Of a stretch of 64,000 bases of DNA, positions 57,629-64,000 are shown in pieces; within the stretch, counting starts at the first letter, position 1; each line of letters starts with the position of its first letter. The position numbers and the translations under genes were made by a program. Location: the NCBI GenBank assembly GCA_964478845.1, contig CAYZJT010000012.1, positions 8,173-72,172 on the forward strand, written 5' to 3'. The notes under the pieces were generated by a model. That model made no database searches. It had not been told where the DNA came from and saw nothing but the letters and a program-made list of their open reading frames with translations. Source of the DNA: an uncultured Flavobacteriaceae bacterium. Its GTDB lineage: Bacteria > Bacteroidota > Bacteroidia > Flavobacteriales > Flavobacteriaceae.

Positions 57629-58423
57629 ATGATCAATATAGAAAACCTCTCAAAGAATTACAATGGCCAAACTGTACTTAAGATCGATGAGCTGACCATC
57701 CAGCAGGGTGCAGCGATTGGTCTTGTGGGGAATAATGGAGCTGGAAAAACTACCCTATTCTCTTTGTTGCTGGATTTGATTCAGCCATCAACTGGCCACA
57801 TTGTAAATAACGGCGTTAAGGTTAGCGAGAGTGAGGACTGGAAACCATTTACCAGCGCATTTGTAGACGAAAGCTTTTTAATCGGTTACCTCACCCCTGA
57901 AGAGTATTTCTATTTCATCGGTGAATTGCGCGGGCAGAATAAAGCCGACATCGATAAACTCATTGCCAGCTATTCAGATTTCTTCAATGGAGAAGCCGTG
58001 GGACAGAAAAAATACCTTCGTGACCTGAGTAAGGGAAATCAGAAAAAAGTCGGTATCGTTGCAGCCTTGATCGGTGACCCTAAAGTGGTCATTCTCGACG
58101 AGCCCTTTGCAAATCTTGACCCTTCCACCCAAATCAGGTTAAAGAAAATCATCAAGCAACTAGCTGATGATCCAGAGCGCACCGTACTAGTTTCCAGCCA
58201 CGACCTACAGCACGTCACCGAGGTAGCTCAGAGAGTAGTTCTGTTAGAAAAAGGCGAAGTAGTCAAGGATATGGTAAAAGGCGCCGGAACTTTCGCAGAA
58301 TTAGAGGCTTACTTCAAGGGAATTTCAGAATTGTATGCGCCAGAGGAGGTTAAGGGAGTTGAAGAAATGGTGGCTGTTGAAATTGAGACTGCAATTGATG
58401 AAGCTGAGAATAACCAAGCATAA
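57629..58423 (+). CDS. ABC transporter ATP-binding protein
   Basis: GNNGAGKT, LSKGNQ, LDEP and SSHD. Confidence 0.92.
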   Translation: MINIENLSKNYNGQTVLKIDELTIQQGAAIGLVGNNGAGKTTLFSLLLDLIQPSTGHIVNNGVKVSESEDWKPFTSAFVDESFLIGYLTPEEYFYFIGELRGQNKADIDKLIASYSDFFNGEAVGQKKYLRDLSKGNQKKVGIVAALIGDPKVVILDEPFANLDPSTQIRLKKIIKQLADDPERTVLVSSHDLQHVTEVAQRVVLLEKGEVVKDMVKGAGTFAELEAYFKGISELYAPEEVKGVEEMVAVEIETAIDEAENNQA

Positions 58424-58607
58424 TTTATTCTGGTGGGCACTTTTGATTTATGCAGTTTTAATTGCATTCATCTACCTTTTAATCGACTGGAAATTTACTA
58501 ATCGCTCGCAACTAGATTTAGCCTATTCTGTTTGTATCTCAAGCTTTCTCTGTGGGGGAATTGTATTTTTACTAGATAGAAAACTTACCAAGAAAAATGT
58601 CAGGTAA
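58398..58607 (+). CDS. Small two-TM membrane protein (start probably 58398)
   Basis: Two hydrophobic segments; overlaps both neighbours. Confidence 0.45.
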   Translation: MKLRITKHNLFWWALLIYAVLIAFIYLLIDWKFTNRSQLDLAYSVCISSFLCGGIVFLLDRKLTKKNVR

Positions 58608-58839
58608 ATACAAAGCATTTCTCATCCGATTTGTGACGCTTATCATATTCCTAGCAGGATTCATGTTGCTTGCAAAACGACTTCTTCCCGCAGAAGAATA
58701 TGGAGATTTTCCTCAATTACTAGCTGGAGTTATTCCTGCTTTGTTGCTTTCACCACGAGTTCAGGTGGCAGAACATCAAAGTGGCCGGCGCTATGGCATT
58801 AAATTTCTGTTTTCTTCTAAGATTTGGTGGTTCGATTGA
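58597..58839 (+). CDS. Small membrane protein
   Basis: Two hydrophobic segments, LLSPR motif. Confidence 0.5.
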   Translation: MSGKYKAFLIRFVTLIIFLAGFMLLAKRLLPAEEYGDFPQLLAGVIPALLLSPRVQVAEHQSGRRYGIKFLFSSKIWWFD

Positions 58840-59770
58840 GTTGTAAGTAAACTACATCCTTTGCTTTCAACTCATGCTTGTGGCTGAAGAAGATCGGTTG
58901 TCCATTCTCATACGTTGCTTTAATCAAAAAGCGCGTCCCCAAAAAGAACGAATTTCCTACCATTACTTCTAAGCCTGAATCGGAGACTTTCAATTGGTGA
59001 GGATATAGTAAAAGCGTGCCATTTTTATTGAATAAGCTGCCATCCATCTCAGTCACTTCATCAAAAAGCGATGCTGTGTATCTGGTTTTTGGATCATGGT
59101 AGATCTCATCAGTAGATCTGTGATCCAAGATCTCACCATCGTGCATGACCAGCAATTCATCGGTAAATGGCAACACGTCCTCGCAATCGTGTGTGGCGAC
59201 GATACTGGCAATCCCTTTCTCGTCTAGGTAATTGTAAATGCGTCTGCGCAGATTGTTGCGTCTAAAGTGGTCAATGTGTGAGAATGGCTCATCCAGCAAC
59301 AGCACTTCAGGTTCTTGAGCAAGTGCTTTTGCTATAGCAACCCGCTGTTTCTGCCCACCAGAAAGTGTTTTTACTTTTCGATTACTGAATGCTGCCAAGT
59401 CGACTACTTGAAGCAATTCTGCAATCCGCCGGTCACGTCCATCCAATTGAATGGACAAATGTTCACCTACATTTTCAGCTACGGTGGTGTAGGGCATCAA
59501 ATTAAATTCTTGAGGAACATATTTCATCATGGGATGACCTGGGACCAGATGATCTTGTGCGCCTTTTAGTTCTACGCCGTTGTATGTTACTGTACCAGAT
59601 TGATAATCCAGCAATCCGTAGATATAATTCAGCAATGTGCTTTTACCACAGCCACTTTCACCCATGACGGCGAGATGTTTCCCGCCGTCCAGATGAAATG
59701 AAATGTCCTTGAGTGTGTGGGATTCTGCTTTCGCGAAAGCAAAATCAACATTTTCTAGTCTAAGCATCAA
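58817..59770 (-). CDS. ABC transporter ATP-binding protein (Fe3+/polyamine-like)
   Basis: GESGCGKS, LSGGQKQR, LLLDEPFS and ATHD. Confidence 0.9.
   Translation of the reverse strand: MMLRLENVDFAFAKAESHTLKDISFHLDGGKHLAVMGESGCGKSTLLNYIYGLLDYQSGTVTYNGVELKGAQDHLVPGHPMMKYVPQEFNLMPYTTVAENVGEHLSIQLDGRDRRIAELLQVVDLAAFSNRKVKTLSGGQKQRVAIAKALAQEPEVLLLDEPFSHIDHFRRNNLRRRIYNYLDEKGIASIVATHDCEDVLPFTDELLVMHDGEILDHRSTDEIYHDPKTRYTASLFDEVTEMDGSLFNKNGTLLLYPHQLKVSDSGLEVMVGNSFFLGTRFLIKATYENGQPIFFSHKHELKAKDVVYLQLNRTTKS
59727..59740. repeat. Palindrome copy inside the ABC ATPase (AFAKA frame)
   Basis: Exact 14-mer. Confidence 0.95.
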
Positions 59771-59784
59771 AAAGACAAGAGCTT

Positions 59785-61950
59785 TTACCCCTTAACCCGC
59801 CCCTTAACATCAGGCATTTCTTCAAAGCCCATGTTGTAAAAAGCAAAACCATAGATGTCAGTCCACTCCTGAATTTGTTGTTCGGTAGATTTTCCTGCAC
59901 CGTGACCGGCATCAGTTTCAATGCGTATCAGGGTAGGATTGTTGCCAGCTTGCTTGGACTGCAGCTCTGCGGCAAACTTGAAACTGTGCGCTGGTACCAC
60001 ACGATCATCGTGGTCTCCCGTTGTAACTAGCGTCGCAGGATATTCCACGCCTTCTTTTACATTGTGCAACGGTGAATAACCCTTCAAATATTCAAACATC
60101 TCTGGGCTGTCCTCTGCTGTTCCATAATCGTAAGCCCAACCAGCGCCAGCTGTAAATTTATTGTACCGCAACATATCGAGTACACCTACGGCAGGAAAAG
60201 CTACACCAGCAAGATCAGGTCGCTGGGTCATGGTCGCCCCTACCAGCAGCCCACCGTTGCTCCCACCTTGTATCGCCAAATAATCCGTGCTCGTGTAATT
60301 ATTCTCTTTCAAGTACTCACCAGCAGCGATAAAATCGTCAAAAACATTTTGCTTACTCATCTTAGTTCCTGCATCGTGCCATTTCTTTCCATACTCACCG
60401 CCTCCACGCAGATTTGCTACTGCATAAACACCGCCCATGTCCATCCATGCTGCACGAGTGACAGAAAAGCCAGGATTAAGCGAAATATTAAACCCACCAT
60501 ATCCATATAGAATGGTTGGGTTTTTACCATCTAGTGGCAAGCCTTTTCTGTGTGAGATAATCATCGGGATTTTTGTGCCGTCCTTTGAAGTGTAAAACAC
60601 TTGCTTGCTCTCGTAGTCCTCGCTGTTGAACTTGATCTCAGGCTTGCGGTACAACTCGCTCTTCCCACTTTCTATGTCGTACAGGTAAGTGCTACCTGGT
60701 GTCGTGTAGTTCGTAAAGCTGTAGTAAAGTGTTTTATCCTCTTCCTTTGCGCCAAAACCTCCCACATTACCCACACCCGGTAACTCCACCTCACGCACAA
60801 GCGAGCCATCATAGTTGTATTGCTTCACTTGCGAGACCGCGTCAACCATATATTCTGTAAAGATGTAGCCTCCGCCCGTAGATGGTGACAGGACATGTTC
60901 AGTCTCTGGGATGACGTCCTTCCAAGTGGACTGGACAGGGTTTTTGAAATCTGTCATGACGATGCGCTGATTCGGCGCGTTATAATCAGTCACCAGCCAA
61001 AGTTTTGTTCCCTCATTGTGGAGCAGGTAGGTATTTGTGTCAAAATTGTCCAATACGGTAACCAGCTTTGCATTGGGCTTGTCCAGCTCCATCATGAACA
61101 TCTTGTTCCCATTTGTGGATGTACTTGCCGAGATCACTAGATATTTTTGGTCATCAGTCACACCGCCACCTACGTAACGGTATTTCTGATCTGGCGTACC
61201 GCCAAAAACTACTTTATCCTCACTCTGTGGCGTGCCTAGCTTGTGATAATACAACTTATGCTGGTCAGTCATGGCACTCAGCTCGCTACCCTTTGGCTTG
61301 TCGTAGCTGGAATAATAAAAGCCATCGTTGCCTTTCCAGGACATACCTGAAAACTTGACATCCATAATTGTATCGCCTATTTTTTCCATGCTTTTGGTTT
61401 CCAGCACGATGATCTTGCGCCAGTCACTACCGCCCTCGCTGATGGAATAGGCAAACAGGCTACCGTCCTTGGTAAAACTGGTGCCGCCTAGGCTCGTAGT
61501 TCCTTTTTCGCTAAACGTGTTAGGGTCAAGGAAAACTTCTGCGTCTTCTATAGACTCGTCATTTTTGTGGCGGTAGATAACGTACTGATTTTGTAGGCCG
61601 TCATTTTTATAGAAATAAGTGTAGTCACCCTCGATAAAAGGTGCGCCTATCTTTTCATAATTCCAGAGCTCAGTTAGTTTGTCATTGATTTTTCCACGGT
61701 AATCTATTTGCGAAAGAAAATCTTGAGTCACCTCATTTTGCCGCTTTACCCAGTCTGCAGTTTCTTCGCTCATATCATCCTCCAGCCAGCGGTAAGGATC
61801 TTCTACTTGCTGACCGTGATAGGTGTCGACAGTGTCCACACGTTTGGTTTCGGGGTAGGTCATTGAATTTTCTGCGATTTTTTCTTCTTCATTTTCCTTG
61901 CAGGCGATGAGCGCCAGGCAGGCGGTCAAAATTGCGATCGATTTTTTCAT
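59785..61950 (-). CDS. Prolyl oligopeptidase (S9A), lipoprotein
   Basis: DPYRWLED, GGSNGG nucleophile, DHDDRV and AGHGAG. Confidence 0.95.
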   Translation of the reverse strand: MKKSIAILTACLALIACKENEEEKIAENSMTYPETKRVDTVDTYHGQQVEDPYRWLEDDMSEETADWVKRQNEVTQDFLSQIDYRGKINDKLTELWNYEKIGAPFIEGDYTYFYKNDGLQNQYVIYRHKNDESIEDAEVFLDPNTFSEKGTTSLGGTSFTKDGSLFAYSISEGGSDWRKIIVLETKSMEKIGDTIMDVKFSGMSWKGNDGFYYSSYDKPKGSELSAMTDQHKLYYHKLGTPQSEDKVVFGGTPDQKYRYVGGGVTDDQKYLVISASTSTNGNKMFMMELDKPNAKLVTVLDNFDTNTYLLHNEGTKLWLVTDYNAPNQRIVMTDFKNPVQSTWKDVIPETEHVLSPSTGGGYIFTEYMVDAVSQVKQYNYDGSLVREVELPGVGNVGGFGAKEEDKTLYYSFTNYTTPGSTYLYDIESGKSELYRKPEIKFNSEDYESKQVFYTSKDGTKIPMIISHRKGLPLDGKNPTILYGYGGFNISLNPGFSVTRAAWMDMGGVYAVANLRGGGEYGKKWHDAGTKMSKQNVFDDFIAAGEYLKENNYTSTDYLAIQGGSNGGLLVGATMTQRPDLAGVAFPAVGVLDMLRYNKFTAGAGWAYDYGTAEDSPEMFEYLKGYSPLHNVKEGVEYPATLVTTGDHDDRVVPAHSFKFAAELQSKQAGNNPTLIRIETDAGHGAGKSTEQQIQEWTDIYGFAFYNMGFEEMPDVKGRVKG

Positions 61951-62005
61951 GGTGATTTAATTGGGCATCTAAGATAAGAATGTGCAGGAGGATTTTGATA
62001 ATTAT

Positions 62006-62019
62006 GCTTTCGCGAAAGC
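62006..62019. repeat. Palindrome copy, intergenic between divergent genes
   Basis: Exact 14-mer. Confidence 0.95.
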
Positions 62020-62094
62020 TTAAACATCACTCTACACTAGAAATCTGATTTAGTCAGAATATTCTTTTACATTGCCTAGCACATTTTTAGAATT

Positions 62095-62775
62095 ATGCCT
62101 AAACTGATAACCACGCTTTTTGCGACATATTTACTGCTTACCTCTAGCAGTTGTGAGGAGCCGCCTAAGTTGCTGAGTTCCAGTAGAGGATATTTCTCAG
62201 CTTTTATCGTTGATGCTTCAGACTCACCTATTAGCAATGCAAAAGTTTCTCTTTTTACCCCAAGCACACCACAAAATTTAATACTAGGGACTGGTGTAAC
62301 AGATGCCACAGGATTTGTGGATTTTACAACATTAGCAAGTGACGGTGTATTTAATGTTCTAGAGGTCGAGGATGCTATGGGAAACACCTCTTCAGTAGTT
62401 TATAGCAGTCAAATGAACGTGAATACTAATTTCACGCACATAATCCAAAAGCTTCAAGTTCAACAAGCAACAGAGGTTACCCTAGTCGTAAATGCACCTG
62501 CTAGCGCAACTGGTACTGTTGATCTAAGCATAATTAAAGATAAATTGATATGCGTTGAAGATTGGATACACGGCATTATCCCAGAATCTCTTGATTGTAG
62601 CCAGCGCATAGAGTTAAATGAATTTATTAGGCTTAGTAACACTGTGAGGGAAGAAGTATTTAGCGCGCCGCTTAATACCGAGATAACCGTCGTCTACAGC
62701 GTTGATGGCGGTCCTGAGACAACCCAGAATTTCTTTGTCAATAGTGCAAATCCAGTGTATGAAATTAATCTATAG
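62095..62775 (+). CDS. Hypothetical lipoprotein with Ig/carboxypeptidase-regulatory-like fold
   Basis: Lipobox SSSC; PISNAKVSL..TDATG pattern. Confidence 0.6.
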   Translation: MPKLITTLFATYLLLTSSSCEEPPKLLSSSRGYFSAFIVDASDSPISNAKVSLFTPSTPQNLILGTGVTDATGFVDFTTLASDGVFNVLEVEDAMGNTSSVVYSSQMNVNTNFTHIIQKLQVQQATEVTLVVNAPASATGTVDLSIIKDKLICVEDWIHGIIPESLDCSQRIELNEFIRLSNTVREEVFSAPLNTEITVVYSVDGGPETTQNFFVNSANPVYEINL

Positions 62776-63403
62776 TTTATTTATTACTATGGTTATTGTG
62801 TGGAATATAAAGGCTCAAGATCTTCCCGTGGACACTCTTGATAATGAAAAGTTATTAAAGAAATCTGCGGTTTTAGAAATGTATTATTCCATGGCAGTGC
62901 CTAGTGGTGATAATTTTTTAGGCAATGGTTATGAAGCAGGAACGGGGATCGGTTTCAGGCTTCACATGTATCCCTTGAGGAAGGTTTATGCTGGTCTGGG
63001 AATGGACTTTGTAGGATTAGATGTAAAAAAACCCCAGCTAGTAGGCGCATATTCAAATACCGGTCGCTCACGATACTATGCCTTTCTGGGACATGAGTTT
63101 TATCTTGATGGGAACTTCAATCTTATGGCAGACCTAGCCATTGGCGGTGTTGAATTTAATAATGATCCCATTACGCCCACAACCGAGCGGTTTTCAGAAA
63201 GTGGTACTTTTTACAGTCCATCGGTAAATGTGGATTATGAATTCACTGATGGGTTCAGTGCTTTTGCGAGATTGTCGTATACTTATGTTGACATGGATTT
63301 TCAAAATTTATCCCCAGTAATTGAAGAACAATTTGAAAGTGGATCTTTCATTGATTTTTCTATTGGGCTTCGGTACACCATTAAAACAAGAAACGTCAAG
63401 TAA
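62759..63403 (+). CDS. OmpA/OmpW-like outer-membrane beta-barrel protein (start probably 62759)
   Basis: Signal peptide from MKLIYSLF; alternating beta-strands; ends FSIGLRY. Confidence 0.7.
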   Translation: MKLIYSLFITMVIVWNIKAQDLPVDTLDNEKLLKKSAVLEMYYSMAVPSGDNFLGNGYEAGTGIGFRLHMYPLRKVYAGLGMDFVGLDVKKPQLVGAYSNTGRSRYYAFLGHEFYLDGNFNLMADLAIGGVEFNNDPITPTTERFSESGTFYSPSVNVDYEFTDGFSAFARLSYTYVDMDFQNLSPVIEEQFESGSFIDFSIGLRYTIKTRNVK

Positions 63404-63453
63404 CGTTGTAGGGATTTTTACTGATACTTGACTGTGGTGCGTAATGATTATTC

Positions 63454-63467
63454 GCTTTCGCGAAAGC
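63454..63467. repeat. Palindrome copy, intergenic upstream of the fasciclin gene
   Basis: Exact 14-mer. Confidence 0.95.
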
Positions 63468-63604
63468 GAGATACGTCAAACACTCCCTATTCACCTTACA
63501 GACTTTAAGCAACTTTATGAATATGCGTTAAACCTATGATAGCTAACACTATATATAGATTTCTAAAGAGCGTTGAGTGGCATATTTACAAAAAAGAACA
63601 CAAC

Positions 63605-64000
63605 ATGAAAAGTATCAAAACAATTGTAACAGCATTATTTTTAAGCGTAACAGCTATTTCATTTGCTCAAAAAGACATCGTTTCTACTGCGGTAGGGGCT
63701 GAGAATCTCAGCACTTTAGTAACCGCTGTAAAGGCAGCTGATCTAGTAGAAACTTTACAAGGTGAAGGCCCTTTTACAGTATTTGCACCAGACAACGCCG
63801 CTTTTGCGAAAGTGGATCAGAAAACTCTCAACATGCTATTAGAGCCTAAAAACAAAAAGATGTTGCAGAGTGTACTGACATACCACGTGGTTTCTGGAAA
63901 ATTTAAAGCTGAAGAGGTGATAGCGATGATTAAGGATAAAGGAAACAATCTGAGATTGAAAACCGTAGAAGGTGGTTTTCTTACAGCAATGATTCAAGAC
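63605..64000 (+). CDS. Fasciclin (FAS1) domain protein, 3' end outside the window
   Basis: Not in the ORF track; translates MKSIK..TLVTAVKAADLVETLQGEGPFTVFAPDNAAF..LTYHVVSG. Confidence 0.92.
   Translation, partial: MKSIKTIVTALFLSVTAISFAQKDIVSTAVGAENLSTLVTAVKAADLVETLQGEGPFTVFAPDNAAFAKVDQKTLNMLLEPKNKKMLQSVLTYHVVSGKFKAEEVIAMIKDKGNNLRLKTVEGGFLTAMIQD

Noticed and set aside
401-62642. Numerous 60-170 aa ORFs antisense to or out of frame with recognised genes (for example 20969-21487, 51145-51624, 33021-33473)
   Set aside because: They lie wholly within well-supported CDSs and show no motifs; treated as shadow ORFs.
4604-63467. Palindrome copies as a CRISPR array or IS ends
   Set aside because: Copies are kilobases apart, mostly inside intact genes, with no spacers, cas genes, transposase or flanking duplications.
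63800-63813. GCTTTTGCGAAAGT in the fasciclin gene as another palindrome copy
   Set aside because: Two mismatches, and AFAK is a normal FAS1 sequence after FAPxNxA, so protein constraint explains it.
1-64000. tRNA, rRNA, prophage or integrative-element genes
   Set aside because: No cloverleaf or rRNA signatures in the short intergenic gaps, and no integrase, transposase or phage structural motifs among the ORFs, by eye.

Overview
A 64 kb chromosomal window from a Flavobacteriaceae-like bacterium, inferred from repeated TAnnTTTG promoter elements and Bacteroidetes-type families (DUF3078, DUF2490, DUF3098, DUF5687, DUF4254). It is mostly housekeeping and envelope genes (rseP, greA, aat, der, rsmI, uppP, ftsX, truB, hemW, prolyl oligopeptidase) with small accessory inserts: two toxin-antitoxin pairs, an orphan HepT-like gene, a methyltransferase plus nuclease-like pair and AT-rich islets. 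There is a TPP riboswitch in front of a TonB-dependent receptor. I saw no rRNA, tRNA, CRISPR array, transposase or integrase. Two things stand out. (1) A perfect 14-bp palindrome, GCTTTCGCGAAAGC (extended consensus TTACGCTTTCGCGAAAGCGTAA), occurs at least 22 times, about once per 3 kb. Sixteen copies lie inside coding sequences, split 5/5/6 across the three reading frames (AFAKA, LSRK, FRES), which points to a DNA-level, HIP1/uptake-sequence-like signal. (2) A tightly coupled five-gene operon (PLP enzyme, DUF1611/DgcN-like, PP-loop MurL/QueC-like, creatininase-family, Ala-Glu epimerase/DgcA-like) looks like an extended, uncharacterised D-amino-acid or peptide pathway. Several accessory genes carry single lesions (nonsense codons, homopolymer frameshifts, lost catalytic residues). 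All family assignments come from motif recognition by eye; no database search was run.
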